This document shows, piece after piece, positions 8,166 through 14,736 of a stretch of 64,000 nucleotides of DNA. Made by a program: the position numbers and the translations under genes. Numbering within the stretch: position 1 is the first letter of the stretch; every line of letters starts with the position of its first letter. The DNA is taken from positions 186,001-250,000 of the IMG/VR virus record IMGVR_UViG_3300027759_004177, one strand, 5' to 3'. The notes beneath the pieces are model-generated. The model was not told the DNA's origin. It ran no database searches and saw nothing but the letters and a program-made list of their open reading frames with translations.

Positions 8166-9461
8166 ATGCAAAACAAAATAGAACATACCTCCGTTGCCGG
8201 TGTTAACTTTGAACCTAATAAAAAACTGGGCTACTATTTGGTCGACAACCAAATCTATTACAACAAATATCATGCGTTATTAAACGCATCTAAACAGAAA
8301 CAATCTATAAAATGGTTCTTTAACGAAGATGTGTTTGTACGTTACCCGTGGCACATTGAACCAGAAGAATCTTTAGATGAGTTGTATCGTCAAAGAGCAC
8401 AACAACTTAGAGATGAATATGATTATATTCGAGTGGAGGCCAGTGGCGGCAGCGATAGCACTACAGTTATTTTTAGTTTTCTACTTAATAACATACCACT
8501 AGACGAAGTGGTATTTCGATATCCCAAAGGTGGAGACAAGGATGTAGTAGGAAATGCTCGAGACCTACGCAGTGAAAATACTCTAAGCGAATGGGAGTTT
8601 GCAGCAAAACCGTTGCTAGATTGGATTGCTACAAACTATCCTGGTGTTAAAATTACTGTGTATGATTACGCAGGAACTTTAGTGCGTGAAGCCGAAGAGA
8701 AGGATGAAAGTTGGGTGTTCCGTACTAGACACTATTTACAACCCGGTCACATAAACAAATACCAAGCCATAGCCATAGACGACCATAAACGGTTAGTTGA
8801 AAAGAACCTGCGGATTTGTGTGTTATGGGGTGTTGATAAACCTAAAATTACTGTCAAAGACGGAAAGTTTTTTTTATATTTTCATGACGGGCAAGCCAGT
8901 CATAGCGATCAAGCGATAGGCGAATACACCAACATAACCAATGAATTTTTTTATTGGAGCCCTGACGCCTGCAAATTATTGGCCAAACAAGCACATTCAA
9001 TAAAAAACTGGTTTGAAATGCCCGCCCACTATAATATGCAAAACGTATTACATTGGCCCAATTCAAACTTTAGTGGTAGAACTATCTACGAACAAATTGT
9101 TAAAAGTGTAATTTATTCTAAATACGATTTGCAAACATTTCAAACCAATAAGCCAACTAACAATATTTGGAACGAAATGGATTATTGGTTCCATCACAAT
9201 TTTAAAGATACTCAAGCATATCGTGTATGGGAATCTGGTATTGACTATTTGATCTCTACCTTGGATCCTGCATTTGTTGAAAACCTACACGGTCGACCGA
9301 CCAATATCATGATGTTTGAAACCCCAATGTATTATTTTGGAGATAGCAATATACCTAATTTGGCCTTGCCGTTCACTCCCGGGGCAGATCTTAAAGAGAA
9401 AAGAGTCGATTCTTCTAAGCAACATAGACACGTGATCAACGGACGCCTGGTAATTTATTAA
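8166..9461 (+). CDS. PP-loop (N-type ATP pyrophosphatase) family protein, paralogue of 13538..14725
   Basis: LYRQRAQQLRDEYDYIRVEASGGSDST; WGVDKP. Confidence 0.8.
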   Translation: MQNKIEHTSVAGVNFEPNKKLGYYLVDNQIYYNKYHALLNASKQKQSIKWFFNEDVFVRYPWHIEPEESLDELYRQRAQQLRDEYDYIRVEASGGSDSTTVIFSFLLNNIPLDEVVFRYPKGGDKDVVGNARDLRSENTLSEWEFAAKPLLDWIATNYPGVKITVYDYAGTLVREAEEKDESWVFRTRHYLQPGHINKYQAIAIDDHKRLVEKNLRICVLWGVDKPKITVKDGKFFLYFHDGQASHSDQAIGEYTNITNEFFYWSPDACKLLAKQAHSIKNWFEMPAHYNMQNVLHWPNSNFSGRTIYEQIVKSVIYSKYDLQTFQTNKPTNNIWNEMDYWFHHNFKDTQAYRVWESGIDYLISTLDPAFVENLHGRPTNIMMFETPMYYFGDSNIPNLALPFTPGADLKEKRVDSSKQHRHVINGRLVIY

Positions 9462-9462
9462 T

Positions 9463-9538
9463 TGGTGCCCTGGGTAGGATTCGAACCCACAATGTCCGCT
9501 CGGTAAAGCGGTGACTATACCATTTTGTCTACCAGGGT
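9463..9538 (-). tRNA. tRNA-like gene, undetermined identity (6-nt anticodon loop TTACCG, A1/C72 mismatch)
   Basis: ACCCTGG acceptor, D arm, CCGCT/AGCGG stem, GTTCGAATC T-loop, CCA end. Confidence 0.75.
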
Positions 9539-9540
9539 GT

Positions 9541-9615
9541 TGGTTGCGGGGGACAGATTCGAACTGTCGATCTCCAGGTTATGAGCCTGACGGGTTGCCT
9601 CTTCCCTACCCCGCG
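9541..9615 (-). tRNA. tRNA-fMet (CAT), initiator type
   Basis: CGCGGGG...CCCCGCA-A-CCA with C1/A72 mismatch; loop CTCATAA. Confidence 0.9.
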
Positions 9616-9618
9616 ATA

Positions 9619-10221
9619 TTACATTGTAGGACCGTTGCCGTTCCTAAATCCAATACTTCCACCCTCTGCTTCAATCCGTTTGATAACATCTTCGAACAAG
9701 ATAGGTGCAAAATCTGTCTGTTCCACGCATACGCAATGATAACGGACATCAATCCATTGCCTTACTCCGCGGGTCATAAACTCGTGTGTGGTTTGTGCTG
9801 TTTTCATCACGCGATTAGCATGGAGGTGACCGTGGATGTTGACACCAAAACGACCCAGGCTTTCCTCATGGATAGGGATATGACTGAGTATCATTCCGTT
9901 CATCACATGGTAAGCACGCAGTTCACGAAAGTGTTCACGATAGTCGGTATCCCGGAAGATGTCGTGATTACCGCGGATAAGAACTTTGTCACCGTTGAGC
10001 CTACGCATAATAGCAAGACTCTTACGGCTCATAACTACATCACCCAAGTGGTAAACTTTATCGTTGGGACGTACACGTTCGTTCCAACGCTCAACCATGG
10101 CTTCGTCCATTTCGTCTGCTGAGTCCCAAGGACGAAGTTTTGTTACACCATCGTTACGGACAAAGCGACATACACCTGCATGACCAAAGTGCGTGTCGCT
10201 GACTAAAAATACTGCTGGCAT
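9619..10221 (-). CDS. Calcineurin-like metallophosphoesterase
   Basis: SDTHFGH, HLGD, RGNHD, SHIP, HGHLH motifs; SD GGAGG. Confidence 0.9.
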   Translation of the reverse strand: MPAVFLVSDTHFGHAGVCRFVRNDGVTKLRPWDSADEMDEAMVERWNERVRPNDKVYHLGDVVMSRKSLAIMRRLNGDKVLIRGNHDIFRDTDYREHFRELRAYHVMNGMILSHIPIHEESLGRFGVNIHGHLHANRVMKTAQTTHEFMTRGVRQWIDVRYHCVCVEQTDFAPILFEDVIKRIEAEGGSIGFRNGNGPTM

Positions 10222-10246
10222 ACGTGCCTCCTTTCTTTTCTAAACA

Positions 10247-10320
10247 TGGCGCCGGTCCAGGGAATCGAACCCCGATCAGCGGTTTTGGAGACCGCTGTAA
10301 TGCCATTATACCAGACCGAC
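10247..10320 (-). tRNA. tRNA-Trp (CCA)
   Basis: Anticodon loop CTCCAAA, full cloverleaf, CCA end. Confidence 0.92.
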
Positions 10321-10321
10321 C

Positions 10322-10399
10322 TGGAAGTGAGGGTCGGATTTGAACCGACGGGGTTAGGGATTTGCAGTCCCTTGCATTGGGCCACTCTGCCACCTCACT
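10322..10399 (-). tRNA. tRNA-Cys (GCA)
   Basis: Loop CTGCAAA, U73, CCA end. Confidence 0.92.
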
Positions 10400-10407
10400 G
10401 CTGTTAC

Positions 10408-10481
10408 TGGAGCGGGATATCGGAATCGAACCGATGACGAAAGATTGGAAATCTTTAGTTTTGCCCCTAAACTAATCCCGC
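10408..10481 (-). tRNA. tRNA-Gly (TCC)
   Basis: GCGGGA acceptor, loop TTTCCAA, U73, CCA. Confidence 0.92.
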
Positions 10482-10490
10482 ATTATAATC

Positions 10491-10566
10491 TGGCGCTCCC
10501 GACCGGATTCGAACCGGTGTACTCGCCGTGAAAGGGCGATGTCCTAGGCCTCTAGACGACGGGAGC
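10491..10566 (-). tRNA. tRNA-Glu (TTC)
   Basis: Loop CTTTCAC, cloverleaf, CCA. Confidence 0.92.
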
Positions 10567-10572
10567 CTAACT

Positions 10573-10656
10573 TGGTGGAGAACACTGGGATCGAACCAGT
10601 CGTGCCATAGGCGCCGGATTTACAGTCCAGTGCATCACCATTGATGCTTCTTCTCC
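10573..10656 (-). tRNA. tRNA-Tyr (GTA)
   Basis: Loop CTGTAAA, long variable arm, CCA. Confidence 0.92.
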
Positions 10657-10662
10657 AAAACT

Positions 10663-10739
10663 TGGCGGAGTAGACGGGACTCGAACCCGCGACCCTCGGC
10701 GTGACAGGCCGATATTCTAACCAACTGAACTACCACTCC
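10663..10739 (-). tRNA. tRNA-Asp (GTC)
   Basis: GGAG acceptor, loop CTGTCAC, CCA. Confidence 0.92.
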
Positions 10740-10748
10740 AATACTACT

Positions 10749-10777
10749 ATTATACATTAAACGGATTTAATGGTCAA
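10749..10777 (-). promoter_or_regulatory. Sigma70-type promoter of the tRNA array
   Basis: TTGACC-17nt-TATAAT ending 9 nt upstream of tRNA-Asp. Confidence 0.8.
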
Positions 10778-10847
10778 TACTTACTGCTTATCGTAGATTG
10801 TTTGCCCAAAAAACGTACCAGTCATTTTCATGACCTCGAGCCATTTA

Positions 10848-11015
10848 TCAGTGTGAGGGGTATTTCAACCCCCTTGCAGAATTCTTTGCTGTTGCAAGTT
10901 CTGCCAACGCTTTTATTTGTGCTTCTACTCTTGCTACCTTTGCTTCTAGTAACGCCGCTTTATCTTCCGGTGAGAGGACAAAATGCGAAAACTCTTTTTT
11001 AATTTTGCGTTCCAT
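10848..11015 (-). CDS. 55-aa hypothetical protein (amphipathic/coiled-coil) downstream of the attenuator
   Basis: SD AAGGAG before ATG at 11015; MERKIKKEFSHFVLSPEDKAALLEAKVARVEAQIKALAELATAKNSARGLKYPSH. Confidence 0.7.
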   Translation of the reverse strand: MERKIKKEFSHFVLSPEDKAALLEAKVARVEAQIKALAELATAKNSARGLKYPSH

Positions 11016-11033
11016 TTGCTTCTCCTTTATAAA

Positions 11034-11067
11034 CAAAAAACCCCGGAGTGTTTAATTCCAGGGTTTT
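11034..11067 (-). terminator. Intrinsic terminator (attenuator)
   Basis: ACCCTGGA-ATTAAACAC-TCCGGGGT followed by a U-run. Confidence 0.8.
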
Positions 11068-11106
11068 GGTTAAAATACGGTAATATGTATGTCTATCCAA
11101 CACCCT
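11060..11106 (-). promoter_or_regulatory. Predicted antiterminator hairpin, mutually exclusive with the terminator
   Basis: AGGGTGTTGG-A-TAGA-C-ATAC [loop] GTAT-TTTA-A-CCAAAACCCT; the 3' arm takes up the terminator's 5' arm (AAAACCCT). Confidence 0.7.
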
Positions 11107-11200
11107 TCAAGTGCTCTAAATTGCGATCAAGCCAACGGCCTAGCACACACAGCACTACGGTCGCATAAATTTCATGAAGGTAATTTTTCATTGTTTTCAT
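11093..11200 (-). CDS. Putative 35-aa leader peptide (not in ORF track)
   Basis: MKTMKNYLHEIYATVVLCVLGRWLDRNLEHLKGVG*; second ATG at 11191; last codons overlap the antiterminator arm. Confidence 0.6.
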   Translation of the reverse strand: MKTMKNYLHEIYATVVLCVLGRWLDRNLEHLKGVG

Positions 11201-11229
11201 ATTATACAATTATTTATCTTTATTGTCAA
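11201..11229 (-). promoter_or_regulatory. Perfect sigma70 consensus promoter with an embedded TAAATA late core
   Basis: TTGACA-17nt-TATAAT; TAAATA at 11211-11216 inside the spacer. Confidence 0.85.
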
Positions 11230-11232
11230 CCT

Positions 11233-11529
11233 CTAGGCTGACATAATAGCGATAGTGCTTTTAACAAACCTATATTTGGCAACAAAGGCATTGATAAAAC
11301 TGATCCATTCTTCGGCGGCAGATTGATCAGTGAACAGCCTAGTCGATATCAATGATGAACCTTTGCTCTCAACCATCGTATCTGCGGACATTTTGCCAAC
11401 GGCAATCATTTCCGCAGTCTTTGCATCTAATTCGGCTAACGCTACAGAATCATTTTCATTTCTATCGTTTGGATTCGAGTTAATATAATTATCTCTTTGC
11501 CAGGTAATTTTAACTTTTTTTGTGTACAT
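11233..11529 (-). CDS. Hypothetical protein
   Basis: 98-aa ORF starting 3 nt after the upstream stop. Confidence 0.65.
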   Translation of the reverse strand: MYTKKVKITWQRDNYINSNPNDRNENDSVALAELDAKTAEMIAVGKMSADTMVESKGSSLISTRLFTDQSAAEEWISFINAFVAKYRFVKSTIAIMSA

Positions 11530-11532
11530 ATT

Positions 11533-12021
11533 TTAAGCCTTTTTAATCTTGTCAATCAAACCAGGTGAAAATGTTGGTTCAAACTTTTCATAAACTGCTT
11601 GAGCTTTATGTTTCCACTCAGCTGTTTCTTCTTTGGAAAGTTCAATAACATCAATACCATCAGCAACCAATTGCTGTTTGGCATCTTCACCATCCTGGAT
11701 CGTGACTTCACGTTCTCTACGTCCTGCTTTGATAGCAGCATCCTTGATCACGGCTTGAACCTCGGGACTCAATGTCTTCCAGAAGTCGTCACGCATGATC
11801 ATGGTTGTCAAAAACAAACTGTGCTTTGAGTCAATCACGCTTTTGGTAACGTCATTCTGCTTCAAGGGATAGATACGACTGTAAACAGTTTCTCCACCTT
11901 CGCAATCACCTTCGATGATGTGGGCACGAGTGTCTTCGGTTTCACAAACAAACACGTCGACACCACCCAAGACCTTGAATGTTTCTTGTGCCACTGGATT
12001 ACGATTGGTTCTTAGCTTCAT
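11533..12021 (-). CDS. TRAP substrate-binding protein (DctP-like), C-terminal half
   Basis: MKLR...ETFKVLGG, H-S-L-F, FWKTLSPEVQAVIKDAA, LVADGIDVIELSKEE typical of DctP C-terminus. Confidence 0.8.
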   Translation of the reverse strand: MKLRTNRNPVAQETFKVLGGVDVFVCETEDTRAHIIEGDCEGGETVYSRIYPLKQNDVTKSVIDSKHSLFLTTMIMRDDFWKTLSPEVQAVIKDAAIKAGRREREVTIQDGEDAKQQLVADGIDVIELSKEETAEWKHKAQAVYEKFEPTFSPGLIDKIKKA

Positions 12022-12488
12022 TTCTTGCCTAGATCATCTAGACCAGAGACTGGCTTGTCAACAATAATGTTACGGAAACCGCCTGAGTAAGTGAATGCCA
12101 TACCGCGAACATTGGACTTTTCAGTGATCTTCTCTAATAGACCTTCGCCAACTTCACCTTCTAGCACACGGGTTGCATGGTCGTGATCTTCAAAAATAAA
12201 TGGCATTTCTAGGGCTAACATATCGTGCTCAATATCTTCGGCCAACCATGTGGTGTACATTTGGCTCATTTCAATCTTGCCTTGTTCCATTAGATCTAGC
12301 AAATCGTGTTTAGTAACCAACACACCGTCGTTGTACTTCATGCTGTACTCGCTTAGTGTCATAACTTCAACTTCGATCTTTTCTGCACTTTGAGCTTCGT
12401 TTACAAAACGCTGAAAGTCTTCTGCTGCACGTACAAATAGGCTTAGTGGCTCGTGAGCAATTACCCAACGAATTTTAGTAGTTTTCAT
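12018..12488 (-). CDS. TRAP substrate-binding protein (DctP-like), N-terminal half, no signal peptide
   Basis: LEMPFIFEDHDHATRVLEGEVG, SGGFRNI, DDL; SD AAGGA before ATG 12488; ATGA overlap with the C-terminal half. Confidence 0.8.
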   Translation of the reverse strand: MKTTKIRWVIAHEPLSLFVRAAEDFQRFVNEAQSAEKIEVEVMTLSEYSMKYNDGVLVTKHDLLDLMEQGKIEMSQMYTTWLAEDIEHDMLALEMPFIFEDHDHATRVLEGEVGEGLLEKITEKSNVRGMAFTYSGGFRNIIVDKPVSGLDDLGKK

Positions 12489-12513
12489 GTGTATTTCCTT
12501 TATAATTTTTTTG

Positions 12514-12592
12514 GCGGCGTTCCGGTGTAACACACCGGTAAAAGGGTTTGCTACCCTAGGCGTCTGACGTCAACTGAATGTCGGCGTTGCTA
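12514..12592 (-). ncRNA. Candidate structured cis-regulatory leader RNA
   Basis: Between TAAATA (12597-12602) and SD: hairpins AGGGT-AGCAA-ACCCT and CCGGTGT-GTT-ACACCGG, ACGCC three times. Confidence 0.4.
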
Positions 12593-12612
12593 CAATTATT
12601 TAGCTTTTTGTT

Positions 12613-13527
12613 TTATTTGTCCAGTTTAACTGTAGCACTCAAACGGCGCCATAACACCAGCTGACTGTTGTACCAGTTGTCTAGCTCAGAATCTGGAATT
12701 TGATTGTTAGGAATACAAGTATCTGCGGCATTGGCATCACGTACACTTTTGCTACGTGCAGCTTCTACAAAAATCTTGCGAATTTCACGAAACTTTTCTT
12801 CAGGAAATTTGCGTGGAATAAAGATCTGTTGCGAGCTACTCATGTCTGCAATTGCCGGTGCAAATCCTTGATTTTTCAACAAGGGAATACCTTTAATACT
12901 TTCTTTGCCGGTCATGCCCAACCAATAAACCCGTTTGGTAGCGTCTGGCTTTGTGTACTGCTCGCTATCGCCAATGAATCCCACAGCAAAATCAGTTTGC
13001 CCACCCAAGACATTTAACAATGCTTCGTTGGTGCTTTTAAACGGAACAATCTGCATGTTTGGATATTGTGCAGCCACTTGCAAGGCTACCAGGTGCGTGG
13101 TTGCCCCAAGTCCACTGATACCAATGTTTAACTTGGCGTTTCGAGGAACATCCTTCCATGTTTTATACTTTGTGCTTGTGATAACAAACGGTGCAATACA
13201 CATGGGCATTAGGCTTCTAAAGTCGGCCATGTTATGACTTTCCGTTGGAAACAGGTTGGGACGGATAAATCCTGCCGAACTGTTGATCCAGATTGAGTTG
13301 GGAGTGTTTAACACATGGTTGGCTGCAACTGTGCCACCAGCACCAGGTTTGGCATCAAATACAAATGTGTATTTGCTTTGAAGTTTGTTGCTTTCATCAG
13401 CAAGTGTGCGATAGAAGTTTGCTGCTGTGTCTGCTGGCGACCAAGAATAAAACATAGTTACTGTTTCTTTCTGCGCCATGGCAGATAAACTGACCATGGT
13501 TAATAGTGTGGCTAATAATCGTTTCAT
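12613..13527 (-). CDS. Tripartite tricarboxylate transporter (Bug/TctC) substrate-binding protein
   Basis: Signal peptide; KPGAGGTVAANHV, SGLGATTHL, VPFKS...VLGGQTD. Confidence 0.88.
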   Translation of the reverse strand: MKRLLATLLTMVSLSAMAQKETVTMFYSWSPADTAANFYRTLADESNKLQSKYTFVFDAKPGAGGTVAANHVLNTPNSIWINSSAGFIRPNLFPTESHNMADFRSLMPMCIAPFVITSTKYKTWKDVPRNAKLNIGISGLGATTHLVALQVAAQYPNMQIVPFKSTNEALLNVLGGQTDFAVGFIGDSEQYTKPDATKRVYWLGMTGKESIKGIPLLKNQGFAPAIADMSSSQQIFIPRKFPEEKFREIRKIFVEAARSKSVRDANAADTCIPNNQIPDSELDNWYNSQLVLWRRLSATVKLDK

Positions 13528-13537
13528 TTGATTTTCC

Positions 13538-14725
13538 TTAAAATTTGTAGTGTACGTTACGACCTGAATCTTGGTATGCTGCTTCGCCTAGGTAGTAGAA
13601 GGGACTGATAAATCCCACAAAACCCACCGGGCGACCCATTTCATAATTGAAATACTTGGCATCTATCGAATCAGTTAATAATTTATGCCCGGCTTGCCAT
13701 GCCCGATAAGCATGAGTATCCTGAAAGTTTGTGTAAAACCAATAGTCCATTTCGTTATAAAAACTGTTGGTGGGCTTGCTGGTTTGGAACGTTGTAGGAT
13801 CGTAGTCGGGATAAATTAAGGGTTTAACAATGTGTTCGAATGTGGTACGTTGTGCAAAACTGTAGTTGGGCCAACGTACCAAGTGCTGTAGATATTTATT
13901 TGATTCTTGGTTGAACCAGTTTTTTATTGTGTGTGCTTGTTTGTTGACCAGGTCTGGCAAGTCTGGCGCCCAAAAGAAATACACATTGGCAATGTTGGTG
14001 TAGTGTTTGATGTCAGGGTTGGCAGCATTGGCCTGGATGTCCATGAAGTACAGGTACCACTTTGAATCCCGGATACAGACCTTGGGTTTGTCAACACCCC
14101 ATAACATACATATTCGCTTACCAGAGTCTAGCAATAGTTTATGTTCGTGTACTGCATCAACTGTGTGTTTGAACGGATGCCCGGGTTGGAAATAGTCTCT
14201 AGTTTTAAACACCCATGACTCATCATGTTCACTGGCCAGCATGTCCGCACTATAATCGTGTACTGTAATTTTGACTCTGGGATAGTTGGTAGCAATCCAT
14301 TCTAGTGTAGGTCTGGCAGCATACTCCCATTCACTCAGTGTGTTCTCCGGTTTGGTGTTGAATGGATCTGCTGATACATTCTTTTCACCTGTTTTGGGAT
14401 AACGAAATACCACTTCGTCTAACGGAATGTTATTGAGTAAAAACGCATACAATACTGTGTTGCCATCAGCACCGCCACTTAGTTCTAAACGAATGTAATC
14501 GTATTCATCTCTAATTTGCTGTGCCCGTTGCCGATACAACTGTTGTAGATCAGTTTCAGGTTCTGTTAGCCAATCATGTGCGTCAAATACTGTGCGGTTA
14601 AAATGCCACTCAGGAAAGACGTTGGTTTTTGTACCCGCAATTAGGGCTTCTACCTTGCTGTAGTATCGGGTATCTCCAACTTGGTAAAAGCCTAATTTAG
14701 GGTTTTGTTCAATAGTGTACTGCAT
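13538..14725 (-). CDS. PP-loop family protein, paralogue of 8166..9461
   Basis: LSGGADG PP-loop; long identical blocks with the 8166 ORF (FLLNNIPLDEVVFRYPK, ENTLSEWE, NEMDYWF). Confidence 0.8.
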   Translation of the reverse strand: MQYTIEQNPKLGFYQVGDTRYYSKVEALIAGTKTNVFPEWHFNRTVFDAHDWLTEPETDLQQLYRQRAQQIRDEYDYIRLELSGGADGNTVLYAFLLNNIPLDEVVFRYPKTGEKNVSADPFNTKPENTLSEWEYAARPTLEWIATNYPRVKITVHDYSADMLASEHDESWVFKTRDYFQPGHPFKHTVDAVHEHKLLLDSGKRICMLWGVDKPKVCIRDSKWYLYFMDIQANAANPDIKHYTNIANVYFFWAPDLPDLVNKQAHTIKNWFNQESNKYLQHLVRWPNYSFAQRTTFEHIVKPLIYPDYDPTTFQTSKPTNSFYNEMDYWFYTNFQDTHAYRAWQAGHKLLTDSIDAKYFNYEMGRPVGFVGFISPFYYLGEAAYQDSGRNVHYKF

Positions 14726-14736
14726 TAATTGTAGAA

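Noticed and set aside
10819-10834. boxB/boxA-type antitermination site before the tRNA promoter (GTCAT-GAAA-ATGAC hairpin)
   Set aside because: Only a short GAAA-loop stem with no convincing boxA nearby; insufficient support.
11093-11200. Type I toxin (Fst/Ldr-like) reading of the 35-aa peptide
   Set aside because: The hydrophobic stretch is short (about 10 aa), lacks the AP..G motif and no antisense RNA is evident. The overlap with the antiterminator favours a leader peptide.
12012-12030. Canonical -1 slippery heptamer at the DctP split
   Set aside because: C AAG AAA does not fit X XXY YYZ and no stimulatory structure is obvious; ATGA coupling or a 1-nt deletion is simpler.
12514-12592. 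glnA (glutamine) or guanidine-II riboswitch assignment
   Set aside because: GGAACG is present but its pairing partner CGTTC is not, and the ACG motifs are not in hairpin tetraloops; left unassigned.
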